Assembly: GCA_002104945.1 (NCBI GenBank)
Contig: MCFH01000015.1
Span: 806,001-870,000, forward strand
Length of the DNA: 64,000 nucleotides
From: Piromyces finnis finn
Lineage: Eukaryota; Fungi; Neocallimastigomycota
Direction: 5' to 3'
The notes under the pieces are model-generated. The model worked only from the letters and a program-made list of their open reading frames with translations. It was not told the origin of the DNA and searched no databases. The translations under genes and the position numbers were made by a program. Below, piece by piece: positions 1-11,604 of the stretch. How positions within the stretch are numbered: the first letter of the stretch is position 1; each line of letters starts with the position of its first letter.

Positions 1-400
1 ACTCCTGATACATTTATCATGGTATCATACATAAATGAAATAATTTAAATTATTGTAAATTAGGTTAACGACAAGCTTTATTAAAAATTATATATTCTTA
101 AAAATTTATTATAAACTTTTTGACTTTGTATGAATCTTGTTTGGATTTGCATACTTGTATTCACACAAAGTATTAGTGTTGGTATTAATGTAACTTATCG
201 TAGTTGAATCTAATTGCTCTAGTTTATTCTTAATTATATATATGTCTATTAACACTAAACACTAAATTTTTAATATTTTATTTTCACTACCAGCGTTGTT
301 TAATATTATAATGCTTATTTAATAATTAATTTTTAAAATAATATAACAAATATGTTATTATTAATTAATGATGATGAATTATTAATTGAATAGTTTTTAT

Positions 401-426
401 AATATTAATTTAGCGCTCATCATGCC
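401..426 (-). promoter_or_regulatory. Rolling-circle origin, half 1: stem arm plus TAATATT heptamer up to the nick
   Basis: Minus strand reads GGCATGATGAGCGCTA-AAT-TAATATT|AT. TAATATTAT is the nonanucleotide of SsHADV-1-like genomoviruses. Confidence 0.75.
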
Positions 427-558
427 AGCTTTTGCACTTAGAAACGTGACTTTGGATTAACCTACGCTGATGCACGTGATGTCACAAAAGAAGAATTATA
501 CACGTGTTTACAACTATTAGTTATCGCCGACGCACATGTAGATAAATTAATGGTAGCT
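422..558 (+). pseudogene. rep: CRESS Rep N-terminus (HUH endonuclease motif I), frameshifted and truncated
   Basis: Restoring one T in the run at ~451-453 gives MPAFALRNVTFGLTYADARDVTKEELYTCLQLLVIADAHVDKLMVA. FGLTY matches RCR motif I, and the sequence breaks just before the expected motif II (HxH). Confidence 0.72.
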
Positions 559-1097
559 GATGGGGAATTTCCCACGGCTTTATCATTGGTTACTGTAGCA
601 GAAACCCCTTCAATACTCTGTGTCGGTAAGATTTTACGACCTTGTAAATAAGTACATAAATTATTGAACTTTAAATGACAAACACTATACCAAATAGTTT
701 TTGAGGCTGCACCAGCACCCATCCAAGAAAAACCAAATCTGTTTATATATTTGTTTTTAGTAGGGTTTGTTTTAAACAATTTGCGTAAAAATCGTTGTTC
801 GCGTGGTGTTCTACGTACTATCATACGTGTTGTAGTATGGGTTGTACCGGCAGCGTTTCCTTTAACTGATTCGAATTGTCTATTGCCAATCCTACGATTT
901 CTTCGTACAATCCTATCTCTTGCTCTACGTCCTAAATTTTGGGCCAATTGTCTTGCTTTATTACGCACCATCCTATTTCTCATTGCTCTTCGTAATACGT
1001 TACGTGCTACTACCGGTACTTTCCATAACGCTTGTCTTCCTATTTGTTGAATAGGATAATTTCTCGCTCTTCGTACAACTTGTTGTCGTTATGGCAT
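555..1097 (-). pseudogene. cap: CRESS capsid 5' half (Arg-rich arm), nonsense at codon 3, truncated
   Basis: MP*RQQVVRRARNYPIQQIGRQALWKVPVVARNVLRRAMRNRMVRNKAR... It matches 60716-61171, with 2 aa differences in the 143 codons from MRNRM to NSPSA. Confidence 0.85.
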
Positions 1098-1137
1098 TTT
1101 GATTGGTCAATCAAGTACATTCGTACATTATACGGAC

Positions 1138-1189
1138 ATTTATAGTAATTCCGCAAATTAAAGTTTAATTTAAAAAATTAATATAAATA
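1138..1189. promoter_or_regulatory. Divergent TATA boxes of the viral long intergenic region
   Basis: TATAAAT on minus (1144-1138) lies ~40 nt before the cap ATG (1097). TATAAATA on plus (1182-1189) points across the origin to the rep ATG (422) in the reconstructed circle. Confidence 0.45.
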
Positions 1190-1195
1190 GAGACT

Positions 1196-1220
1196 GGCAG
1201 GCAGGCATGGAGCGCTATAT
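1196..1220 (-). promoter_or_regulatory. Rolling-circle origin, half 2: post-nick AT, stem arm and GGCA x3 iteron-like repeats
   Basis: Minus strand starts ATA-TAGCGCTCCATGCC. Plus strand has GGCAGGCAGGCA at 1196-1207. Confidence 0.65.
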
Positions 1221-1750
1221 ATTATTAATATATTACATGTAATACTTTATTGCTATTCTTATCAATTTAATAATCTTAACAAAGGATATATAATAGAATG
1301 AATTGAATTCGATTTTAATTCGTTGTAAAGATTATAGTTATTATCTTAATTATATAGTTAATAAATATATTATATCATTTATATTACTATTAAATAAATA
1401 AAAATTTATAAAAAAGTTGTTTTAAAACAAATATTGATTTTTCTTATTTGGAAGTTTTAAGTATTATATTATTTATTAAATTAAATTTCTTAAAAAAGAT
1501 TTTACTATAAAATTAATAACATTCTGACCTGGCCACATAACCAAACCCTAAAACTTAATAAATTAAGTTAGTTATTACTTCTCTATACGAGTTAATAACT
1601 AAATATAGTTTTATAAAAAATAAATAAAAAACTAAAATAAATATTAAACACTAAAATATTTATTAATAATAAATATTAGTAGTAAATAATTTCGTTTTAG
1701 TAGTGTGAACGTATTCAAGAATTATCTTTTTGTTTTTTATATTATCTTTG

Positions 1751-3630
1751 TTAAAATGATTTTATTTCAATATGTTTTAATTTTGAATTTAAGTAACCAT
1801 TTTCAATTGCTGTTTTGCTTGACAAATTATCAGTGAAAATAGTAATTGGTTTGTTGAAATTGAAAATTTCTTTGAGAATATTTCTGACCCATAGAACTTT
1901 CTTTGTGCGTTCAGCAGTACTTACATATTCAGCTTCTGCAGTTGAAGTGGCAACCGTTGTTTGTTTTTTAGATTGCCATAATATGGAACCTTTTCCCATT
2001 AAAATAATACATCCTGAAGTTAATTTTCTATCAGATGTATCATCGCCAAAGTCAGAATCTGTATAGGCTTGTATTGAACCCTTTCCGTTGTAACAAATTT
2101 TGTATTGGCTTGTGGCGTTTAAGTATTTTAAAATGTTTGTAACACTTTTCCAATTGGTTGCAATTGGGTTTTCGGGGTATCTATCGGCCTTATTTACTGC
2201 GTAGGAAATGTCTTTTCTAGTACATTTTGAAAGGTATATTAGAGAACCAACTGCGCTTTTATAAGTTGTTTTGTTGAATGGCGTATTGCTTCTTGAAGTT
2301 TCCACTGGTGAATGGAGTTTTAGATTTTCTTGTTTTATTAATATTGAATTTTCTTAATATTTCTTTTATGAAATTCTCTTGGATATATGGTAGCTAAAAT
2401 TTTTTTTCTTTTATACCTAGGATATAATTGATTAGATTGCATTTTAAGATTTTAAATTTTGATTTGATTTTATCGACAATCCCTGTGATGATTAAATCAT
2501 CAACATATAACCCGATTATACATGAAGGAGGTTTACTACCAGCCTTTTTTATAAATATATAAGGTTCAGACGATAATTGCAGAAACTTGTTATTTAATAG
2601 AAAAGAAGAAAAAGTATTATTCCAATGACGGCCAGATTGTTTAAGGCCGTAGAGTGTCTTATTTAATTTCTAGTAGCCTTTGCCATAGTTGCGATCGCCT
2701 TGGGGGATGTGTATGGATGGCAAAGTCGAGAGGAGCATTTAGATATGCGGCTTTAATATCGAGTTGCATAATATTCCATTTGAACTTTGAAGCTAATGCA
2801 ATGAGAAGCTTGAGGCTATCGACACTAAGAGTAGGAGAAAATGTCAATTCATAGTCTATGCCAAGTTTTTGAGTAAAACCTCTGGCAACTAGGCGAGCCT
2901 TGTATTTATCGATACAACCAAAGGCATCTTTTTTAATAGTAAAAACCCATTTTGTAGATATAGGGGTTTTACCATATGGGACACTTTTAACTACTTCTAT
3001 AATATTGTTAGAATAAAGGTTATCTAATTCATTATTAATAGCCTCAACCCATTCCTTTTTGTTTTTCCCGGAAATGGCTTGTTTGTAGGTAAGGGGACTA
3101 TCAGTAACAATATTTATGGAAGGATTATCAGTAGTTGATAAAGATTTTTAGAGACATCATCAAGGAGAATCCTTTTCTTAAGACATAATAATTGTTTCTG
3201 GTTACCTTGCTGGGTGGCTTCGGAGGAATTGTGGTTTGAGTAATCATTCTTGCTTCTTCGGCCTACAAAGTCAATGTCCATCAAATCATCTTGGTCATTG
3301 TTGATAATCGACTGATTGTATTTAATGTTCTTTTGAAGGTAGATTTGAAAATTAACCTTGTTATTAACTTCGGTCAAAAAATCCTTAATCTTCTTTGTTC
3401 CATCAGGGTGTATCTGGGTTCTCATACATTGAGGTAAAGAATAATAAATAATCCTTGTTTTTTCCCAGTCTCCTAAGTTAGAATTGTTGGATTTCATCAC
3501 AGAGAATATTTCATTGATTTGATGGAGTACATCCTTACAGTCAGTTAAACTTTTGGCCTTTAAAGAATAAAGTTTCTTCATCCAATGTTGAATATCAGAT
3601 GATTCATTACCTTAATAAAGCTAGGGTTGT
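1751..3630 (-). mobile_element. Ty1/Copia remnant: gag joined directly to RT-RNase H (protease/integrase missing), frameshifted
   Basis: Copia RT motifs (KARLVARGF, IMQLDIKAAYLNA, GLYVDDL) and RNase H (YTDSDF..WQSKKQTTVATSTAEAEY..TDN). ORF 3114-3581 is gag-like. Confidence 0.85.
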
Positions 3631-3862
3631 TAATAGAATATACACATATATACGTATATATGCAAAAAAATTAAATTAATTTTATATTAATTAAAGTTTG
3701 AGAAATCTTTCATAATTAAATATTAAAAATTTATTAATGACATTTTATAATAATTTAAGTTTTAAAATTAAAATTTAATATTTCAATTTAATATCAATTA
3801 AAGTTAATTATAGCAAAAGAGTTTTAATAATGTAACATATTCATATTGATAAATACATGTAA

Positions 3863-3905
3863 TATTATATATTATATTATATTATATTATATTATATTAT
3901 ATTAT
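3863..3905. repeat. (ATTAT)n microsatellite
   Basis: Direct reading of tandem ATTAT units. Confidence 0.8.
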
Positions 3906-4665
3906 ATAATTATAGTAAATATTTAAATAAATTGTTTATAAATTATTGTGCGTATTTCAATATAGATATTATTATTTTTATAATTAATAATATCAAATTT
4001 ATTAAATGTTTATATAGAATATTTTATTAATAATATTAAAAGATATAATATAAATATTATATACATGTTGTGATCTTAATAAATAATAAATTTATACTTT
4101 TGAGGAAAATATTATAAGAAACATAACTAAAAACATTATATTGATATAACTCGGTTCTATTTCCTTTTTAGGGAGAGACTTTATGTATTAATGTTTTTAA
4201 AATTAATTTTATTAAATATAAATTTTTGGCTAGAAATACAAGAAGCAAAGAATTAATTATAAGAAATAATAATACATTTATATATCTTTTAATAATTATA
4301 AACTATATTTTGTTTGTTTAATTAATAAATATATAATAACTAATATAAAAAGTATAAAAATATTTATTAAAGTATAATAAAAATATAATAAAATATAAAT
4401 ATAAAATATAAAATATTATAAATAAAAACAATAAATAAAAGAAATTATTTACATAACATAAAATTATGTTATAATTTTATATTTTTATTATTTAAATTAA
4501 TAAAATAAATTTATGCTATCACTTAAATTTATCTTATCATGTGAATTTATTTACGCCTCAATTGCTTTTAGTCACGTTATTACATGACTATTTTAATTTA
4601 TTTTATGTAATTATTAATAAAATAATTTTATTAATAATTAGAGTTTTATATAATATTTCATATCA
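3900..4665 (-). repeat. Probable 3' LTR of the 4686-7715 Gypsy (left boundary approximate)
   Basis: PPT-like AGGAGGGACA (minus, ~4668-4677) precedes TGATATGAAAT. Rearranged partial copies occur at ~25880-26200. Confidence 0.5.
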
Positions 4666-4685
4666 AATGTCCCTCCTAAATACAA

Positions 4686-7600
4686 CTATGGAGTTGTAGA
4701 ATAAATTTTTATTATATTTTTAAGGTGAACAGGACGTTCTAAAAGTCTTTTGGTATCTGGATCCATTAATTTAGCGGTATTATATTGTTTACTTACAACT
4801 TCGAAGGGTCTTACAAAATAAGGTTCTAATTTGTATCTCGAAAAATTCCTAACTTTAACTAAATCATCTATTTTAATTTCGTTCTGTTTGTTCATACTAG
4901 TAATTTCTTCTCTTTTAGCTTCCCAGTACTTGTTATTCTTCTTAATATTGTTACAAGCATCTATTATCCAATTATAATGATCTATAAATTTTTCAATTAA
5001 CTGCTATTCTTGGCTACCTTGGACCATGGAAGTAGGAAGAGTAGTGTATAATTCGAACAGCTGTTGGTCTTTTCTACCATAGACCAATTCAAAACTTGAA
5101 TATTTGGCAACCGTATTTTTAGATGTTCTTAAAGCTCATAGAGCAAAAGGAAGAACTTTGTCCCATTCCTTTTCTTTAGAGGCAAGCAATCTTAATAATT
5201 TTCCTATTTCTCTATTGCGATTTTTAGTTAGTCCATTGGACTCTGGATGATATGTTACGGTGAATTTAATGTATACGTCATACAAGTCTAGAAAAATTTT
5301 TATAAAGTCAGAATTAAATTGTACTCCATTATCAGTAGTTATGGTAGTAGGTGTACCAAATCTTGCAAAAATTTTTGATAGGAAGTAAACCACATCTTAA
5401 GACGTTATTGAGGACTGCGGCTCTGCTTCTACCCACTTGGTAAAATAGTCAACTACTACCATAATGTACTGGTTGCCTTGGCTAGTAGCAGGTAAAGGGC
5501 CTATTATATCTAAACCTAGGTGATTAAATGGAGCTTCCACAGGAGTAGCATATTTTTCTGTGGGATTGGGAATTTCATTCTTTTTATTTAATTGGTAGGT
5601 AGTACAATTAGCTATGAATCTTTTAATATCTACTGTCATTCCTTTCCAGTAGAAGGATTTCTTTAACCTCTCATAAGTTTTACCGAAGCCTTCGTGACTA
5701 ATTGCATGTGCTTTCCAAATTAAATCGAACTTTTCTTCATTTGTACTAATTATTTTTCTTAGATTTCCTTCATCTTTAATGTACCTTTCATTATCTAGAG
5801 TTACTATATGATCCTCAAGGAATTCTTTCATAAATTCAGCGATATCTCCTTCATCTGTAGCATTTTCATTGTTACTACTGCTATTATTAATAGAATGTAT
5901 TCTATAATTGATTAAATTATATTTATTACTCTTATTTCCTAATATATTATCTATATATTGTAATATATTATTCAAAGTTTGGTTCAATTGATTTTTATAT
6001 TGACATAAATTTTCGATTTTATGTTTTTCACTCATATTTTGGTTTTCTCCATTATATTGTAATATACGAGATTCTATATGGGCCAATATATTAGAATAGT
6101 ATTTGTTTATATCATTTTTGCATTGAATCAACTTAATTAAAAATTTCTTCAATTTATTTTGATTTATTTTAATATATTGGGGTTTATATAATTACATATA
6201 TTAGGATTACACTCTGATATATGGGATTTATTCTGAATTGAAAAATTTTTTGGATTCCCTGAAAATTTCAAATTATCAATATACCACCATTTTTCCCTTA
6301 AATTTTTAATTGATGAAATTTTTGAATTTTTCAAAATTATTTTATTTTTTTGAATAGTAGATGATTTATTATGATTTTGAATTCCTAAATTATTTTGACC
6401 TTTTTGTGTTTTCTTTTGACAAAATTTCTTCTTTATTAACTAGGTTATTACTTCGTCATTCTAAGGTAGCGGGAATTCTTGATAAAGCGTCAGCGAGACA
6501 ATTTTTCTTTCCTGGTTCATATAATATTTTTATTCTTAACATACTTATAGTAATGCACCACCTAATATGGCGCATGTTTTCTGGTTCTTTATTACTGAAT
6601 AGACCAAGCAAGGGTTTATGGTCGGTATATAAGAGAACCTCATATTTATTTCCAGAAATATAGTATTTAAATTCCTTTGCACAGTAATAGACTGCTGTGC
6701 CTTCCAGGTCCGTTGTACTATAATTTCTTTCTGCTTTAGTGAGTGTTCTACTTATAAAATATATCGGATGTTCTAAGCCATCTTCATCATTAATTTGTAA
6801 TAATACACCTCCGATACCATCCTTACAGGCGTCAGTTCTAATAATGAATTGTTTATTTGAATTAGGAAAAGCTAATATTGGGGCTTCTACCAGAGCTATT
6901 TTAAGTATGTCGAAACTTTCTTGTTCTATTTTATTCCATATAAACTGAGAATCTTTCTTCAATAATTTATAAAGTGGCGCAGCCAGTTTAGCAAAGTTAT
7001 TTATGAATTTTCTGTAATACCCAACTGTACCTAAAAATGACCTAAGTTCAGACACGTCTTTTGGTTTAGACCAGTTCTTCACGGCTTCTACTTTAGACTT
7101 AATGGTTTTGAGACCATCTTTGGACACTACGTGACCAAGCACCTCTACCTCCTCCTTGAAGAAGCAACATTTCTCAATGTTGATTTTAACCTTATGTTGG
7201 CGGAAGATGTCCAAAACTTGGTTTAAATGTGAAAGGTGTTCTTCGACATTATTAGAGAAAATTAAGATATCATCTAAGAAAACATAGACAGAGTGTCCAA
7301 GTAGATCAAAGAGAATTCTATTCATTTCTCTTTGAAAAGTAGCAGGGGCACCAGTAAGACCGAAGGGCATGACCTTAAAAGCAAAAGTTCCAAACTTAGT
7401 GGTAAAACTAGTAAGGTCAATACTATCCTCGTCCATACGAATTTGGTGATACTCGGAGAATAGGTCCAGAGTAGAGAAAATTTTTGCTCCACCAATCCCG
7501 CTAAAAATTTCATCAATATTAGGAAGTGAGTAGGAATCTAGAACAGTTAAAGCATTTAATTTTCTATAGTCCATGCAAAGTCTCCATTTACCATTCTTTT

Positions 7601-7715
7601 TTGTGACAAGGACTATAGGAGATGACCATGAAGATTTGGAGGGAACAATAAGACCTTTATTAATTAACTTGGTAAGTTCCTCCTTAAGAATGTCTGACTT
7701 GAATTTGTTACACAT
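4686..7715 (-). mobile_element. pol: Ty3/Gypsy pol remnant (RT-RNase H-integrase), 5'-truncated, broken frames
   Basis: 6456-7715: SPIVLV..RLCMDYRKLN, MPFGL, VFLDDILI, TDAC, TDHKPL. 5136-6152: H..H/C..C zinc finger, GLDIIGP, TDNGVQF. 4686-4895: GPY/F-like LEPYFVRPF. Confidence 0.9.
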
Positions 7716-8649
7716 ATCATAAATTAAAAATTTATTAATTATAAATTAAAAATTTTTCTATTCAAATATTAAGAGATTATTCATAATATATATTAAGGAT
7801 TTAATTAATATATGTTACAGTGAATGATCCATATATTGTGAATGAAATCAATTTAAATCCTTAGCTATCCAAAATCATTAAATTTCAAATGATGAATAGT
7901 TGGAAAAAGTACGAGGATTTTTGAGAAAAATTTTAAAAATTGAAAAATAATAATAATAAATAATAATAATTCGTTAAAAAAATAAATAAAAAAAAATGTC
8001 TGAAGAAGCCTTAAGACAGCAAAACAAAATTTTTACGCTCCAACGTGTCACTGTCATCAGTGACGAAGACAATGATGTTGACACGTGGTAAGAACAAATA
8101 CAAACTTGGAAGGATCTCCATAACATTGAGGACAAGAAGGAAATCTACGAATGGTGTTTATTGACAGTCAAAGGTAGCGGTGCCAAGGAAATTAGAAGAT
8201 ATATCACTCATGGGCCATCTGGAAAAATCTACCCTGACCTGGAAACTATTAGAGATATTTTTAAAAACTTGTACGACTTAGAGTACAAACCAGAAGATAT
8301 CATTGACGATTTGAAAGAGCTGAAAATAGACAACAAGGAAGATATCAAAGATTTTAACAAAAAGTACAAGAATAAGTATAATCAACTGGAATCTTTTGAT
8401 CAAAATGGCATTACGGTAGCTGATTACCTAAATGCGATTGAATCAAGACCGGAATCCTGGAAGGGTGTTAAGCTAGCTGGAAGAAAGATTAAACTAAACG
8501 AAGCATTTGAGATTGTAGAGTTATATGACAAAGTCGATAAGAAGTTGAAAAATAAATCTACCAGTAAGTCTTCCTTCAATTTCTTTTCTAGAGTAAATAA
8601 TGCGGGAAACTCTAGTTTTCAGAAGAAAATTAATATTAAGCCTGAAGAG

Positions 8650-9396
8650 TGTAAAGATATAATATATATCTTTATATTATTTAATAATTAACTATTAATT
8701 ATTAAATAATAAATTAATATTTATTAAAATTAACTATGAAATTTTTAATATTCAATGGAATAATTTAATAATAAATTATTTTATAATAATTCCGTCAAAA
8801 TTAAATAAAGATAAATATTTAAATTTAAGGAACAAAAGAATCTTAATTAAATTTAAATATTTCAAAAATTTTAAATATTCATAATAGCTTTAAATACTTT
8901 TTATTTAATTTTAGAATAGTTTAATAATAATATATTTTCTTATTTAAATTTATAATAGTTTAATAATTTTAACTGAGTTTTAAAAATAGATGTGTTTATA
9001 TTTCAATAGGAAATATATTAAGAATAGTATTGATAATATTAAATTAATTTATAGATAATACATGAGCTTTATTCAATTTTGAGTTTACTCAAATTGTATT
9101 AAAAGTATAATGAATTAGTTTAGTTTAGTTTTATTATTTTATTATTTAATTAGATTAGTTTTGTTTATTTTATATTAAATATATGTTTATTTAAATAGAA
9201 TAATATATTAGAATATAATTATGAAAAAATATAAATACATGTAAATTTTATCAATTGAATCGATGTAATTGTTATTTTATTTCTAACCATTAATAAAGAA
9301 GATAATTTTTAAAAAGAAACTCCTATTTTTATTTTATCGTGTGTTTAATTGTTTTATTGTTAAATATATAATCTGTTTTAAGATTAATATTTTACA
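8650..9396 (+). repeat. Solo LTR (747 bp) of the chromovirus family seen at 42082-48962
   Basis: TGTAAAG...TTTTACA termini, perfect 5-bp TSD AAGAG, and retains the GTAATTGTTAT self-priming motif (9265-9275). Confidence 0.9.
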
Positions 9397-9604
9397 AAGA
9401 GTATGGTGAGAGGATTAGTAGTAGGAATAATACAAATCCTTTCAAAGTTCAATTTTGTTATTTCTGCCGTAACCCTGGTCATAAGAAGAGTAGTTGTCCT
9501 GAGCATTCTAAATATGAATATATGAAATACCAAGAAATGATGAGTCGCAATAAACATAATAATAACGTTGAAGAAGAACTCTCTAGTGACTCTGAAGGTG
9601 GTTA

Positions 9605-9654
9605 TTTAAACTACTAGATGGGAGTGAGCGTTCTCCCGAAAATAATAACTCTCA
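9605..9654 (+). promoter_or_regulatory. -1 programmed ribosomal frameshift signal (T TTA AAC plus hairpin/pseudoknot)
   Basis: Heptamer is in canonical phase, gag TAG is at 9615-9617, stem GGGAG(9620-24)/CTCCC(9633-37), the loop can pair with AACTCTCA (9647-54), and the -1 frame is open. Confidence 0.75.
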
Positions 9655-10264
9655 AGAAGAAATGAAATATTATTATGTGGATGGTATCAAAAGAAAGAAA
9701 ATGCCCTCAGAACCCGAAGTTGAAATTAAACATCCTAAAAAGGAAACAAAGGACTAATTAAACCTTCGAAGTCTTCTTGGTAATCTCCTATTGTTTTAGT
9801 CTCAAAGAAGAATGGTAAATGGCGCTTGTGTTGTGATTATAGAAAATTAAATGGTATGACAGTTCCTGACTCATATTCAATTCCAAATATCGATGAAACT
9901 TTTCATATTCTCCATGGTGCAAAGGTCTTTTCTACTCTGGACTTGTTTTCTGGTTACCATCAAATTCTTATGGATGAAGAAAGTAGAGATTTAACTAGTT
10001 TTACTACAAAATTTGGTAATTTTATATATAAAGTAATGCCTTTTGGTCTGACTGGTGCTCCGGCGACTTTTCAAAGAGAAATGAATCCTATTCTTTTTGA
10101 TCTTTTGGGTAATTGTATTTTTGTTTTCATGGATGATATTCTCATTTTCTCTAAAAATGAAGAAGATCATATTAAACATATTACTCAAGTCCTATCCACT
10201 TTTAGGAAACATAAAGTTAAAATCAACATTGAGAAATGTTGCTTCTTTAAGGAGGAGGTGGAGG

Positions 10265-10826
10265 TGTTCTTGTAGTTGACTTGTCTTTCCATAGTATCAT
10301 CGTAATAAGTATCCTTGGAAGCATCATATTTGATTAGAAGATTCTTCAGTTCTTCTAACGTTTGTCTATCCGAAATTAGCATATAAAGTTATTAAAAATA
10401 TTAAAATTTTTAAAGTTTTAGGTTTTATAGGTGTTTATAAATTTTATTATCTTTAAGTTAAAAAATTACTAACGCTAAAGCTTCGTAATTTTTGTAATTT
10501 TTTGTTCTTTTTATACTTGAACAATTTTAATAATTACATTTTTAATTTTAATTAATTATTGTTTAATTATAAAATATTTAATTTTTATAAATTAATAATT
10601 AATATAATTATTGTAAATAGTTAATAAATTTAAAATAAATTTTTTAATAATAAATTTTTAATAATTTAAAAAAAAATTAAATAATTTCAAAGATTAAAAA
10701 TTTTATACTTTGAAATTTTTTAATAAAAATTTAAAAAATAAATTTTTTCAAATTTTCAAATTTTAAAAAAATTTTTAATTTTTCCATGTGTCCAAATTTT
10801 TTAAATTTTTATTGGTTATTATGACA
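10265..10826 (-). mobile_element. Deleted derivative of the dual-RT element family: partial LTR plus gag fragment
   Basis: 10268-10375 encodes DRQTLEELKNLLIKYDASKDTYYDDT, the same as the gag at ~53860-53960. 10380-10826 matches the LTR at 52234-52826 in reverse. Confidence 0.85.
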
Positions 10827-11604
10827 GTTTTTGTTGATACAATAAGAATATTATCTTAATTCTATAAATGAATATAAAAAGTGATAATATCTGTATCTAA
10901 AAAAAAAAATATTTAATAATTAAAAATAAAGAAAATAAAAAATAAATGATTTTTATACTTGTTCATTTTCAAGTATTAGTTTTATAAAATAAAGTTTAAT
11001 TATAAATTTGGATATTTAATAACTCTCGTATTATTAAATATATATATATTTTATTATTAATACATCTCGTATGTATATTAATATAATTATAAATATTATT
11101 TTAATAAATTTAATATTATTATTTAATTTTGACAGATTATTAGGAACAATTTTAAAAAGAACATTTTCTATTACTATTTATACAAAATTATTTTGAAGTA
11201 TAATTATAAACAAATATAAACTATTTAATTTAAAAAGAAATAAACAATTAAATAAACAAAAAGTTTACATTTATAATTTTTGATTTAATAATTTTATACA
11301 TGTTAAATATTTTAATTTTTATCTATGTTTTAATTATTGTTATTATTGTTATTGTTAATTATTTAATTTAATTTTAGTATTTTATTTATTAATTATTAAT
11401 AAGTAAAAGAGGCTATTATTAAATGAAAATAAAATAGGTGAAATTTATATGACTGAATGTCAAGTGTATACATACATTAATGAAATTTACATTAAATCTA
11501 TGTTCTACATAAAATAATGTTAATTATACATAGAAATATTTATTTACATGATATCACGTGTATAATTATTTAACTATAGTTATTAATATCTAGATTATAT
11601 AACA

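Larger units (their letters stand above)
401..1220 (-). mobile_element. Endogenous CRESS (genomovirus/geminivirus-like) ssDNA virus genome, internally deleted, linearised at the origin nick site
   Basis: Contains the 5' part of a Rep gene (+, 422-558) and the 5' part of a capsid gene (-, 1097-555). The ends are the two arms of one hairpin (411-426 TAGCGCTCATCATGCC; 1204-1217 GGCATGGAGCGCTA). Joining 1220 to 401 rebuilds stem GAGCGCTA/TAGCGCTC around loop AATTAATATTATA, containing TAATATTAT. Confidence 0.85.
7996..10275 (+). mobile_element. Ty3/Gypsy remnant: gag with CCHC (split by a solo LTR), -1 frameshift site, protease deleted, RT truncated
   Basis: ATG at 7996 and TAA at 8089. Removing 8650-9401 restores the frame to KPEEYGERISSRNNTNPFKVQFCYFCRNPGHKKSSC. 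RT at 9760-10275 is close to that at 6456-7715. Confidence 0.85.

Noticed and set aside
751-1050. Plus-strand 99-aa ORF and similar short antisense ORFs inside pol genes
   Set aside because: They are antisense to clear coding sequence and have no motifs of their own.
1239-1247. AAGTATTAC (circovirus-type nonamer) on the minus strand
   Set aside because: It has no flanking stem, lies outside the viral segment, and a better origin with matching arms is present.
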